Shown one piece after another: positions 23,561-36,106 of a stretch of DNA of 64,000 bases. The stretch spans positions 55,904,101-55,968,100 of the forward strand of contig JARDVH010000121.1 of assembly GCA_030324005.1 (NCBI GenBank), written 5' to 3'. Made by a program: the position numbers and the translations under genes. The notes under the pieces are model-generated. The model searched no databases. It had not been told where the DNA came from and was given only the letters and a program-made list of their open reading frames with translations. Origin of the DNA: Negaprion brevirostris (taxonomy: Eukaryota). Every line of letters starts with the position of its first letter. Position 1 is the stretch's first letter.

Positions 23561-25505
23561 TATTTGAAGCACATTGGTTAATTGGCACTTATAGAACACT
23601 TTTAGAATACTTTGCAAAGAGTTGATTGTTTCAGAGGTGGCTGGGTGCAGTGTAAATGTTCCTAGCATTTTAATCTCATTCCCTTTTTTAGTCTGGTGGG
23701 AGAAGGGGAAGATAATTGGAATCCCAAGAAGCAGCTTAATGAACTTGGCCTTGGCATATGCTTTACCCAATTCTGAATGCAAAAGAAAATTCAACGCTTG
23801 GTTTTGCAAACTGGTTTCTTTATCAAATAGAAATTAATGTATTCATCAAAACCTAGGGTCCCTACTAGCCCTCATGTTTCTATTTTGCAACAAAAATGTG
23901 GACATGTTACATCCATTTGTGAAGTGCTTTTTTAAAAGTTTCATTTTATAGGTTTGCTTTATTTAATACATCTGAAGTTTCAGGATTTATTTGCAAAAAT
24001 AGGTTCAAACTAATATCCTAATTCAGATATTTAATAAGTATTTTGTAGATCACACTGAAAGTGCCCAATTAAAGTTCCTGCATGTGTGTAGATGGATGAA
24101 CAATCTTTTAGTAGATTATGCTACAGTACTGTTGCCATCATTTTTGAAAAGCATGGTGGACGTTGAATTCTTTGTACTTAATCCATCTGAATTGTGAATA
24201 CCATCAGCCATGTGTGTATTGGGATAAAATCATTCTTGAAGGAAACAAATCAGATTGCATTCCCTCTGCCCGTCCACCATTTGAATTCAATAGAAAAGAA
24301 AATTGAGTGGTCTCAGCACTTTGTACTAGCGGCTATCGCTGATGTCCGTCTTGAATGCATGTCGGCAGGTCTTACGGTTGTAGAATAGTGGGTGACTGGT
24401 ATCACAGTTAAATCTAGTGTTGTAGAGTATGGCATAGATTGTGTGCTGTACACAATCACATACGACTGTTGACATTGTTAGAGCAAAATATTTTGAAAGA
24501 AACTCTCTGTGGAGACATCCAAAATGACATTGGATTATTTCAACTCATTACTCCAGGGCTTTAATGAGCACAACTGGAGCTGTCTCAATAGAGCTCTCTT
24601 GCCTTGCTCTCTCAAAAATACATGAATTCCTTTTGTATCCAAAGTCAAATACAGTTGTTATGTTCCTTGACCAAGAAGCTTTTGGCATGATCCGGTAAGG
24701 GACCAGTAAACTTATGTTTAAAGGGGACAAAGTTTCACATCCAAGACTGCATGGTTTCTCAATAAACAAAATAAACTTTTACGATGCAAAATCAGAAAAG
24801 TAAAACAATTTACATGAATTAACAGGAAAACTGTGTCCACTGCACAATAAATGACAAATGTAACCAAGGCAGACTTCACCCAGACATCAGCGTTCACTGA
24901 GTTACACGGCCTCATTGAATTTTGTCTCCCTTATGAGAAATTACAAATCTTCACTCTTTTCTCTTTTGAAGATGTAGCCTTGGAATTCTCGTCAAAGGTT
25001 ACTTCAACTCAGACTGACTGAACAATGGCTTCTCTTGCAAAGTTTCAATTTTGTCTCCTGAGACACTGTTAGCCTGAATTCCGGAATCTGCATGCCAGCA
25101 CTAATTCACGTGCACTTCTTCAGCTCTTCAGCTGCACTGAACGGAACACTACACTCCAGAGGGTTACCTTTTGCTCCAGCAGCCCATGGCATGAGATCAC
25201 CATCCTCTGCTTTCTCAGGTCTCCTGGGTGTCTTGTGCAACCTCACAACTTGAAGCCTGCCAACTGCAGCCCTTTTTACTATTTTGAATCTCTTTGCTCC
25301 TCTTTTGTGATTCCTATCTCTCATTCCACCCCCCCAAATTAATGATTAAGTAAGATTGGATTCCCGACACAGTTAAATGTGTATATCATAGTACATATTT
25401 GTGGATAGATCCCCTAAGCAGAGCTTTGTGATAGCTGAGGGGCCCATTCCCATGTGATGCACGTCATGACATTGTGACTTGTGTGTGTCATCTTTTATCT
25501 TTTAT

Positions 25506-25608
25506 TTCATAAGAACATAAGAAATAGGAGGAGGAGTAGGCCATCCAGCCCTTCGAGCCTGCCCCACCATTCAATAAGATCATGGCTGATCTGTCGTGGC
25601 TCAGTTCC
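25506..25608 (-). mobile_element. CR1/HER1 3' tail running into gap 25609-25775
   Basis: cataagaacataagaaataggaggaggagtaggccatccagcccttcgagcctgccccaccattcaataagatcatggctgatc, the reverse complement of the tail at 18525-18600. Confidence 0.9.
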
Positions 25609-26570
25609 NNNNNNNNNNNNNNNNNNNNNNNNNNNNNNNNNNNNNNNNNNNNNNNNNNNNNNNNNNNNNNNNNNNNNNNNNNNNNNNNNNNNNNNNNNNN
25701 NNNNNNNNNNNNNNNNNNNNNNNNNNNNNNNNNNNNNNNNNNNNNNNNNNNNNNNNNNNNNNNNNNNNNNNNNNNAGACAGAGAGTCCACTGGGACAATA
25801 GACATATTGCAAGTGTTGACCCTCCTAGCTCATCACAGGGATGAAAGGTCTTTTCAGAAGTGATGACTGGGACTTTAAAGAAGTTAATCACTACACCATA
25901 ACTCAGTAGCCACAGTCTGCCCAGGTATGAGCTAGTTAATTACCTTCTGTGGAGTACTGATTATAGGGAGAGAAGTCATGTGACCAGAATCAGCATTTTG
26001 AAATTTTTTTTATAATTACAGCACCCCGATTATTTTTGGGCAGTCTGGAATGGTAACATTTTTCTGTCGCTCGTTTGCACATTTGGAGGCCTACCACTGT
26101 TACATTTTGGAATTCACCACAGGGATGGAGAATTTAAATCGCAAGGAACCTCGGGCGCAATAGCATCAATGTTTTGCTTTGGTTGTAAAGAGACTACCTC
26201 CAGAAATTACAGTTTACATTGACTTAAACACCATTAGAATTTCAGGATGAAAACAGTTGCCTCACCCTCAAGCACTGATGGAGGACTTAGAAATATCTTT
26301 ACCTGGGTAGGTTTTTGTCTCAACAAAAACTGACCGGAAAGCCTGTTAGATGCTGAGTTATTTACAGTTGGCATGTAAATGGTTAAATACAGCCATTGCC
26401 TATTTAATTCTCTCATCCTTATAAATTACAAAAAACCCTGTTACGGTTAATTGAATTTTCGGGAGGAAAAGCCGAGGCTGACATGTCCTCGCTGGGGTAG
26501 ACACTATGCAACTCAATATATCTACAAACATGGTCTAAGTCAAAAACAACTGGTTCATATTCCAAATTTG

Positions 26571-26881
26571 GGAAACACAGTGGCGCAATGATTAGCACTT
26601 CTGCCTCTCAGCTTCAGGGGCCTCGGTTCAATATCACCCTTGGATGATTGCCTGTGTGGAATTTGTACATTCTCCCTGTGTCTGTGTTGCTTTCCTCCAG
26701 GCGCTTCAGTTTCCTCCCACAGTCCAAAGATGTGCAGGTTAGGTGGATTAGCCATGGTATATACGGGGGATGTGGGGAGGGTTGGTGGTGGCTGAGAGGG
26801 CCTGGGTAAGATTCTTTGTCAGAGAGTTGGTGTAGACTTGATGGGTCAAATGGCTTGTTCTGCATTGTAGGGATTCTATGA
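26571..26881 (+). mobile_element. HE1-type SINE, full length
   Basis: tRNA-like A/B boxes (gtggcgcaatgattagc, ggttcaatatc), core ttcctcccacagtccaaagatgtgcaggttagg, and tail gtagggattctatg. Confidence 0.9.
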
Positions 26882-26884
26882 AAT

Positions 26885-27110
26885 GAAAACATAGTAAACC
26901 AGCAGTAGAATGTGCTGGAAAATCGTAGATCTGTCAGCACCAGTGCAGAGTGAAAAACAGTTAATATTTTAAACCCAGTATAACTCTTCCAAGTACCCAA
27001 AAAGTCATATTGGATTTGTAATGTAACTCTGTTGCTGTCTCCACAAATGCTGACATGACCTGATTTATTTTCGTTTCATATCTTCAGCATCCACTGTATT
27101 TTGCTTTTAT
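26885..27110. repeat. Palindromic PLE-derived element, decayed
   Basis: gtgctggaaaatc...cagcaccagtgcagagtgaaaaacagttaa is inverted against taactctgttgctgtctccacaaatgctg...cagcatccactgtattttgc. Confidence 0.65.
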
Positions 27111-27889
27111 TACAGTAAGCCAGTAAATATGTGAAAAAGTCTTATTCACTTTGTTCAGACCTTACAATGACCTGACCTTGGGAAAAGATCGGAGCTTTGC
27201 ATTGAAAAATATTTTGAGTTAGCTCCAGAAAAGGAAAAAATCAAATGATTCAGCCACCAATGCTGCAGGTTAGTTACATGTAGCCCAACCTGTTCGCCAG
27301 TGCAACACTTCTTTCCTACATGATTGGACCAGCAAATTGCCTATCTTGATTTGTAAGGCTGGATTAACAAATGTTTCTTCAGCAAAGTATTGGCAAAGTT
27401 GGCAAATCTCATTTTGGCTTCTGTTGACATTTCTTCATCTTTTGCTTGTGGAACAGCAGTGTTAACTAGTTGCTGTTACAAGCTGACTGTTTGTTTAGAA
27501 GCGTGGAATTTCAGCATAATGCTCTCACTCCCCGGGCCCTTTCCAAAACCGTTTGTTCTTTTCAGTTGCCAGAATCCTTATCTATACACTCATCACCTCA
27601 AAACTTGACTTCCTCGGTGCTTTTTTAGCTGACATCGCTACATAAGTTCTCAAGATTTTGCCAACTAAGTCCAATACACACTCATTGTATTCTTTTGTGT
27701 CAGCTTTATTTCTCTCTCTCTTCCCCCCCCCTCCAAAAAATCTGTATTCTTGGTTTCAAGTATCGTCATAGCCCATTCATCCTACTTTAATGATTTGTCC
27801 TATATCCTATGCTGCTCCAACACTAAACAGCTTGCTCCTTTCACTTCTCTTATTTTTGATGCTTATCCCCCCCAAGGTACTGTAATTAT

Positions 27890-28330
27890 AAGACACTTTA
27901 GCCCAAAGTGTTAAATCTTTCTGTCCATAGATGCTGTATGACTACTAGAAATAGAAAATCTACACTGTAGGAGACAGCCTTTTGGCCCATTTGAGCCTGC
28001 ACTGACAACTATCCCACCCAGGTCCTATCCTCATAACTCCACATTTACCCTAATTGCCATGACACTAAGGGGCAATTTATCATGGCTAATCAACCTAACC
28101 TGCACATCTTTGGACTGTGGGAGGAAACTAGAGCACCCGGAGGAAACCCATGCAGATGTGGGGAGAACGTGCAAACTCCATGCAGACAGTCACCTGAGGC
28201 TGGAATGGAATCTGGGTTTCTGGTACTGTGAGGCAGCAGTACTAATCACTCTGCCACTGTGTATTTCCAGCATTTTTTCTTTTTGTTTCTCTTTCTGATT
28301 TCCAATATCTGCATTATTTTGCTTCTGTAA
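27890..28330. repeat. PLE-derived arm split by an HE1 SINE
   Basis: tctgtccatagatgctgtatgact (to about 27945) resumes as gtatttccagcatttttt...ctgatttccaatatctgcattattttgc (28261-28325). Confidence 0.65.
27946..28262 (-). mobile_element. HE1-type SINE
   Basis: caacctaacctgcacatctttggactgtgggaggaaactagagcacccggaggaaacccatgcag...gaggcagcagtactaatcactctgccac. Confidence 0.9.
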
Positions 28331-30629
28331 ATGTATTGTCGAGCTCAGTGACCTGCTCTTTTTATCTTGTGATTGCCATGTAATATGAGGACTGCTTTAT
28401 AAAAACATACTGTTCTTATTGCTGCTGCCTACAGAGTCATGTGGGACGACAGTGCTGTTCTGCTTCAAGTTAAATTAGTTTTGGCTGCAAAGTGAAAACA
28501 CAATTGTACTTTAAGTGTTCTTCTGGCAAGCATCTTTACCCTTTTTTTCCTCATTTAGATCTAAACTACACAGCAAATCCAAAGCTGATTTTTGTCTTTT
28601 TTTCTTTTTATATAAAATCTATTACAATTATTTATTGTAAAGAAAATAAATGCTTTCAGGCCATGGAAGATGGATACTTAAAAATATTTAATCTTGGTTC
28701 AACCTTCCATATTAGAAACTGTAGTTCACTAATATAGTATTTTATGCTAGCCTTCATGGAGTTGGGGTGGGGAAGGGGGAGGTGGGGGTGGAGAAAATGT
28801 TTGAATGCTGTAGAACTGTAAAAATCATGGAACAAAATGGGGAGCTTTGCATGAGTATTTCTCTCCCAACTCATTTTGTGTTCCAAAATAACCAATAGCA
28901 TTCTTGCAGCATAAAGGCGTAAGTGGGACTTGGGATGGAGCAGAGGGACTGAGAACTGCAGTTTTGTTGTAATCGTGGGGTGGAACAGAGGGACTGGGTA
29001 TGCAGGATCATAAGGCAGGAGCAAACCATTAATGACAACTTTCCACACACTCACCTTCTTCATTTAAAAGCATTCCCACCCTTCATTGGTTCATTGCGTT
29101 AATTATAACCCTCTCCATATGGCAGTGAGTCATGAGGCTTTACAGGCTGACTTTTGGAGCCCAGCTTTTGTTTGGAGTATTCTATTTTAGTCGAAAGTCC
29201 TTTGAAACGCCTGTTTCATATGTTTTTCATTCCCAGAATTCAACATAGATGAAACATTAATTACGCAAAAGAGGAGGATCTGTCCTGACCTAAATATCGT
29301 TTGATGCTGTTCATGAGTCAGCTGACTAAAATCTGTTATACTGTTCTGTCAGCAAAAAACTGTTGTGTGAGAAAAAGAGTTAAAGTTTCGAGAGCTGTGC
29401 AGTGTTTTCTATTGAACTGAGGGTACGTGCCAGTGTTGCAGTCTTCACTGTTTCAAAGTTACCAGGGGAATAGTGTTGAGAACAAAATGTTCCTGGTATC
29501 ATGTTTGTAAGCTGTTTATACTTCTTACAGATTTTGTCATCAGTTTAAAAGATAAGTGTTTCTGCTGAAAGGTGCAAGGAAACAAAATTTCACGTTTAAG
29601 AGTATGGTGGACCCATGATTTGAGTGCATGTAGATTGCTGGCAGGATTGTGGTGATTCATGCCATATGAAGTTTCTCTGGCCTACCTCACAGCTGTATTA
29701 AATCACCAGAGTCCATGATGAAGATAATTCACTCCAGCTTTTAAAATTAAAACCATATTTGTTTTGTGCAGTGGTTGGAAAATGCAAATTTAAGTATTTA
29801 ATTAAATAAATGGACGTGTGTACAAAGATTCCGCTTCAAAACCAAATGAGAAAACACACTTTTTTAAAGCAGCATATGTTGTCATGTTTAAAAAATGGTG
29901 GCTTTTAACAAGATTGTATGTGAAATTGTGTTCTAGTAATGGGAACTGAAAATTGCTTGATTAGTTTTGGTTGCTTTTACAGATGCAGCTTAATTAGAAG
30001 GTAGTATTGAAAAAAAGATAGATTTCTATTTGACTTTTGCTATAAAGAGAAGACATGTTGCCAAACCTTTTCATCTTGCACTCGTCAGAGCAAGCGCAAG
30101 AATGCAAAATTTCAAACAATCATAACAATTTGTACTACAATAGAAAAGGGTGTGACTGGTTGGCAAGTAAACTCTGGCCAAAGTGTCACCATGGAGAAAG
30201 CAATAGGAACTGTAGGCTCCTTAAGCTCCTGGGTAATTCAAAGAAGGCACATGCCCGAATATATTCCTTTTGTTTGCAAAGACTGGTCGCTGTATGTAAA
30301 TTTATTTTGCTTCTAGAAAGTGTAGATGAACCATGTTACGAGTGTGATTATCTTAAATTTGTTGTTTGCATAGCATTCAGAGCACCAATTTCTATTTGTA
30401 AGTTTTTCTGTGAATGGAAGTAACTGTCAGCTGTTAAGATTTAAAGTAACTAANNNNNNNNNNNNNNNNNNNNNNNNNNNNNNNNNNNNNNNNNNNNNNN
30501 NNNNNNNNNNNNNNNNNNNNNNNNNNNNNNNNNNNNNNNNNNNNNNNNNNNNNTAAAGTAACTAATTCAAATGTCAAGAAGTGCAAAATATAAAAACCAG
30601 GAGACGATTGTAAACCTATAAGAAAAAGC

Positions 30630-30727
30630 TTTGACAAAGGATTGTCTGGACTTGAAGCATCAGCTGTTTTCTCTCCTTAAAGATGCTGTCAGTCCAGCTG
30701 AGATTTTCCAGCATTTTCTCTCTTTCT
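30630..30727. repeat. PLE-derived arm
   Basis: tctggacttgaagcatcagctgttttctctccttaaagatgctgtcag...ctgagattttccagcattttctc, similar to 14100-14180. Confidence 0.7.
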
Positions 30728-30729
30728 TA

Positions 30730-30862
30730 TAAGAAAGAAAGACTGGCATTTATATCTTGCCTGTCATGATCTCAGGATTTTGAAAGGATTTTGCAACTAG
30801 TTAAACTTGTGAACTATGGTCACTGTTGTAATGCTGGAAGCTTGGAAGTCATTGTAAGATCT
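30730..30862 (-). mobile_element. SacSINE1/DeuSINE 3' tail
   Basis: aagaaagaaagactggcatttatat...catgatctcagga...gtcactgttgtaatg is the reverse complement of the L2-like DeuSINE tail. Confidence 0.65.
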
Positions 30863-31476
30863 CGGTTGTATTCAGTATTGGATGCTACATATTAGGAAGA
30901 ATACTGAGGCCTTTTAGTGAGAGCAATAACAACTACTATATTTATGAGGTGTTTTTACTGGCAATTCTTAGGAGCATGATACATACCACACAACAAGGAG
31001 AAGTTGTGGAAAACGTCTAAAATGGACGGTGTTGTAGCTGACACATATGCATCAAGAAATCTATTTCTGGGTCAAGTGACACCAGGCTTGAGACCACTCT
31101 CATTGAGCCTCAGACATTTGCTAGGGGGAAGAGATGAAATCAATGACTTGGGAACAGAGTTTGTAGTGGGCAATGGACATGAGGATTCATGATATTTAGC
31201 TGGAGTAATTTTCTGTTCATCCGTCACAAAATGTTGGATAAGCTGCACAATTGGTGGTGTATGGGAGAGCTGGATGTCATCATATGGAAACTGCCACTTT
31301 TTGGATGCCACCAAATGATAGTACAAATGGGGGTTGGCAATGATAGACCCATGAGGACAGCAGAGATAATAAACTAGGAGCATGAAGAGGCTCTTCGAGC
31401 NNNNNNNNNNAACAAATTGCATTCTATGCCTGATGGAATTTTAACTCCTAATACTTGGGAGTGTTGCTGAATGCTT

Positions 31477-31792
31477 GGGCAGCACTGTGGTTAGCACAGC
31501 TGCTTCCCAATGTCAGGCATCTGAATTCGACTCCATCCTTGGGTGAGTGCGTCTGTGAGGAGTTTGCACGTTCTCCCCATTTCTGTGCAGGTTTCCTCCG
31601 GATGCTCTGGTTTCCCCCCCCACAGTCCAAAAATGTGTAGGTTAGATGGATTAATCATAATAAAGGCGTGGGGTTACGAGGATAGGAGGGGAGGCCTGGG
31701 CCTGGGTAAGATGCTCTTTCTGAGGGTCGGTGCGGACTCAGTGGGCCAAATGGCTGCGTCCTGCACGTTGAGATTCTACGATTCTATTCTAT
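31477..31792 (+). mobile_element. HE1-type SINE
   Basis: gggcagcactgtggttagcac...gagtttgcacgttctcccc...cacagtccaaaaatgtgtagg...gggccaaatggctgc...gattctacgattct. Confidence 0.9.
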
Positions 31793-34024
31793 GTTGCGTC
31801 AAAGGGTTTCAATAATATTGAGATATCTGGATGTGATGACACCGTCCAAAACACAAAGCAATTTGGGGGTTGTGGCAACAATATGGAATGCTGGAAAATG
31901 CAGAAGAGGTCCAGGTAAGTACATTTTTGAACCAGCTAACTACTTCAGGCATTTCCTTTTACAAAAGGTACCAAGGTGGTTAATGTACTAAATGGCAGTT
32001 GTTCACCTAAGTGATTGAATAACAAGCAGTTTGTTAGCTTGTATAGGCAATCGGAAAATGCCTTGCACCCATTTGTATGAGGATTTAATTTGAAATGGAG
32101 AAAGCTGTTCAGTTTTAGTGCGAGAAGGTGCTGAGGTAGTGAGACTTTTAAACAGTGAGTTGTGAAAACTTGATGCTCTAGGCCAGAAATGTTGGAGGAC
32201 CAGTTAGAAGATTTGTTATTTTAAACCAAATAAGACAACCTACTCATATGTAGGGAAGTGTGATTTGTTCTTTGCTTTGAATAATTATGCAAAGGTAAGT
32301 TGTACTGATTGAAATAAATGGATCTAATCATATATTCTTGCTCGATGTTCACTTATTGAAATATAGCCACTTAACATTTTATATCAAGCCCTCTTAATCG
32401 GGATCTTGATTTCATGTGAGTCATGGGCTATTTTGTGCAGTCAGGGGTTTGCAGTGCACGCTGTTTGAGTAGCTGGAAGTCTTTAGGCAAGTTATTATTA
32501 TACCATAATTTTAAACCAAGCTTTTTCATTTTTAAAAAGAGGGAAAGTTGAATGAGATTACTACAAATAAATTTTAAGAATAGTCTGAGCCAAAGGAATT
32601 TCAAAACCATTAGGTTAATGAATAATGAGGAATTGTGTTTCTGAATTTTTAAATTGATAACATTCCTTGGTTGGAAGGGATTTATCTATTTGCGCATGTA
32701 ATGCTATTCGGCCTGCTTTTCAGACTGCAACAGCAAGTGACCTTGGTTGGTTGCATTAAATATCTATATTTAAAAGTTTGTGTGTACACTACTCGCACAT
32801 GTTAAAAGTTCATTACCATTGAGCAATGTTACTGAGTAATACTGTTGGAAATTCTTACCAATTGGCANNNNNNNNNNGGTTTTTTTGAAACCTAAATGAC
32901 ATTATAGCCTTGAAAAACAGGTTTTAGTTTAAGTTGAATCTTGGATCGTTTCTGATTGTAATGCTGGTCCTGGTAGAAATTGCTCCTTGTTCCAGAGGTT
33001 AGAGATTGTAAGTAATTCATTTACAGGTGTTTGTGTGTATGTGGCTTTGTTGGTTTTGTACATTCTCGGAGGCTAAATAGGCAAAAACTGCTGTGTAAAA
33101 AGTGCTTGTTGGAATGTAGCTATTTATCTTTGCATGTGAGTTCTGAGAGTGGAATCCCTATGTATGTTTTATTTTTGACTCTGGTTTGGATGATGGAATT
33201 AGATATTCAGTGATTCTGGGCCAATTTAGATCTTAGCATAGTACCAGAGCTCTGATTATTTAATTTCTGAGCAACTTATTTTTGATTTAGCAGAATGAAA
33301 TGTAAAAAGACTCATGATTGCATTGATGCCTAGATTTATTATTGAAGTTACAACAGGAAAGACGCAAAGGAGTTGAATACATTGACATTTTTGATACCTA
33401 TTATTACCTGCTCCTTTTTTTTGTGCCATCATTGAAGCATTGGAAGTGCTGGAGAGATATAGATTATTTGGAAATACTGGATACAACTGTTGTTTTTCAG
33501 TGGACAGCAAGTAGAATTTTCCAGTCAATTGTAGTGACTTCATTTTTGAATAAAAGTTTCGATTAAATTAATTCAGTTTTTCCAAAAATAATTTGGTTTC
33601 TGCAATGGTCTGTGATGAATAATTTGAATTGATTTCAGTTTAACTTGAGTTTGGCTCCTTACATGGCTGTTAAAGGAACAAAAGTTTTCAAAATTTATAC
33701 ATTGTCCAGCATAAATTGTTACAGGTATGAGGAATTTGGGGGATTTGTTTCTTTATATACTGCAATAGGGCAAAGTAGAATTATGTTGTACTTGGTGTAA
33801 CTTCAAATCAATGCATAACAGTTTTTTAATGGATTTGTTAGTTTCCTGAATTATTCTGCCGCTGAATGCATTCAATTTCTTAATCTTATCCGGGAAGAGG
33901 CAGTGTAAATTGCATGCTAAGAAAAAAAAGTTTTATTCTAATGAGATTTGCTTTAAATATGATGCATAAAATTCCTTTTTGAGTATTAAAATATTTATTC
34001 ATAGCTTTGCTTGTATGCAGAAAT

Positions 34025-34795
34025 TCTCCATTTGTCCTAAAAAAAAAAGGACAAATCCAAACCAACCATCTACTGTCCATCGGCTTATTCTTGATCATCA
34101 GCAAAGTGGTGAAAGGGGTCATTCACGGTGTTATCAGGTGGCATTTAGTGAGCAATTTATTGCTCACTGGTGCTAGGTTGGGTTCTGTCATGCTCACTCA
34201 GCTCCTGATCTCATTGAAGCCTTGGTTTACATTTCAACAACAGAACTGAAATTGAGAGGTGAGGTGAGAATAATTGGCCTTGATTGGATGTGGCATCAAG
34301 GGTCCTAGCAACACTGAAGTTAATGGGAATCAAGGTGTGTGAGCTCGCCACTGGTTGGAGCCAAACTTTGCACAAAGGAGGGTGGTGTGATTGTTGGAGG
34401 CCAGTCACCTCTGTCTTAGGACATCGCTGCAGATGTTTTTCAGTCCTAGTCTAAACCATCTTCAGCTGCTTCACCAATGACCTCTCCTCTGATACAAGGT
34501 TAAAGTGTGGATGTTCACTCACAATTGAACAGTGTTCAGTCCTTTTTTAAGTTATTAGATAACGTCTGTGCTTGCTTTCAGCAAGACCTGGGCAACACTT
34601 TGAACTTGTGCTGACAAGTGGCAAATAACATTTGCGCCACACAAGTGCCAGACAATGACCATCTTCAACGAGTGAACAACCATCTTTTGACATTCAGTCA
34701 CAGTCTCATCATTGAGTTCCTGTGCTATCGGTATGTCACCATTGACCACTTAATCGAACCAATGATATAAACACTGTTGGTGCTAGAGTAGAGAT
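34025..34795 (+). mobile_element. CR1-type LINE family B, RT domain fragment
   Basis: Degenerate KKRTNPN..P-IG-LFLIISKVVKGVI, HSAPDLI, GEVRIIGLD and VGGQSP motifs, plus an FTNDL and mFaDD-equivalent region. Confidence 0.75.
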
Positions 34796-34883
34796 AATGT
34801 GGAGTTGCCAGCATTGGACTAGGGTAAATGTAAGAAATCTTGCAACACCAGGTTAAAGTCCAACAAGTTTATTTGATAGTAAA

Positions 34884-34921
34884 CCCACTAGCTTTCGGAG
34901 TTTGCCTCTTCGTCAGGTGAA
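34884..34921 (-). ncRNA. Minimal type I hammerhead ribozyme motif
   Basis: The - strand reads TTCAC CTGACGA AGAGGCAAACTCC GAAA GC TA GTGGG. Helix I (UUCAC/GUGGG), the core and the palindromic AGCU helix III are present, with an imperfect helix II. Confidence 0.65.
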
Positions 34922-35100
34922 TGGAGAGTTCTGGTCACAAACAAAGCATTTAAAGGCACACAGCTTACAGAAGGTGAGTCTTTACAGCTAATCAATTCTT
35001 GAAGGTGCAGACATTGTCAAAGGTGTCAGACATTGACTGCACCTTTTAAGAATTGGTTAACTGTAAAGACTCGCATTCTAATCGGTATTCTGTAAACACT

Positions 35101-35140
35101 CCGCTCCTGACGAAGGGGCAAACCCGGAAAGCTTAGTGGG
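35101..35140 (+). ncRNA. Hammerhead motif, partner arm (decayed)
   Basis: CTGACGA A GGG GCAAA CCC G GAAA GCTT AGTGGG. Confidence 0.55.
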
Positions 35141-35983
35141 TTTACTATCAAATAAACTTGGACTTTAACCTGGTGTTGTGAGACTTNNNNNNNNNNNNNN
35201 NNNNNNNNNNNNNNNNNNNNNNNNNNNNNNNNNNNNNNNNNNNNNNNNNNNNNNNNNNNNNNNNNNNNNNNNNNNNNNNNNNNNNNNNNNNNNNNNNNNN
35301 NNNNNNNNNNNNNNNNNNNNNNNNNNNNNNNNNNNNNNNNNNNNNNNNNNNNNNNNNNNNNNNNNNNNNNNNNNNNNNNNNNNNNNNNNNNNNNNNNNNN
35401 NNNNNNNNNNNNNNNNNNNNNNNNNNNNNNNNNNNNNNNNNNNNNNNNNNNNNNNNNNNNNNNNNNNNNNNNNNNNNNNNNNNNNNNNNNNNNNNNNNNN
35501 NNNNNNNNNNNNNNNNNNNNNNNNNNNNNNNNNNNNNNNNNNNNNNNNNNNNNNNNNNNNNNNNNNNNNNNNNNNNNNNNNNNNNNNNNNNNNNNNNNNN
35601 NNNNNNNNNNNNNNNNNNNNNNNNNNNNNNNNNNNNNNNNNNNNNNNNNNNNNNNNNNNNNNNNNNNNNNNNNNNNNNNNNNNNNNNNNNNNNNNNNNNN
35701 NNNNNNNNNNNNNNNNNNNNNNNNNNNNNNNNNNNNNNNNNNNNNNNNNNNNNNNNNNNNNNNNNNNNNNNNNNNNNNNNNNNNNNNNNNNNNNNNNNNN
35801 NNNNNNNNNNNNNNNNNNNNNNNNNNNNNNNNNNNNNNNNNNNNNNNNNNNNNNNNNNNNNNNNNNNNNNNNNNNNNNNNNNNNNNNNNNNNNNNNNNNN
35901 NNNNNNNNNNNNNNNNNNNNNNNNNNNNNNNNNNNNNNNNNNNNNNNNNNNNNNNNNNNNNNNNNNNNNNNNNNNNNNNNNNN

Positions 35984-36106
35984 GGTTCATTTTTTGGATT
36001 CAAATTTCACCATCTCGAACCTGGGTCTCAGTGCTATTGTCATTTGACTAGTAATACAGAGTCAGCGCTAGGCCATTGGTGCCTGGTATCATGCCATCAC
36101 CTCCCC
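35984..36106 (-). mobile_element. SINE family C 5' part
   Basis: ttcaaatttcacc...tcgaacctgggtctc...gactagtaat...atgccatcacctcccc, the reverse of the 15425 head. Confidence 0.5.

Larger units (their letters stand above)
34797..35186. mobile_element. Penelope-like inverted-repeat element; right arm runs into gap 35187-35983
   Basis: caacaccaggttaaagtccaacaagtttatttgatagtaaacccactagctttc (34843-34896) is inverted against gaaagcttagtgggtttactatcaaataaacttggactttaacctggtgttg (35127-35178). Related to the 17978 element. Confidence 0.85.

Noticed and set aside
24962-25021. SFEDVALEFS, resembling the KRAB-A start (VTFEDVAVxF)
   Set aside because: It lacks the following EEW..L...Q motif, stops after 19 codons and has no zinc fingers nearby, so it is probably chance.
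26571-26645. tRNA-like sequences at SINE heads (also 15425, 31477, 54906, 56232)
   Set aside because: They have A/B boxes but no full cloverleaf, and they continue into SINE bodies, so they are not tRNA genes.
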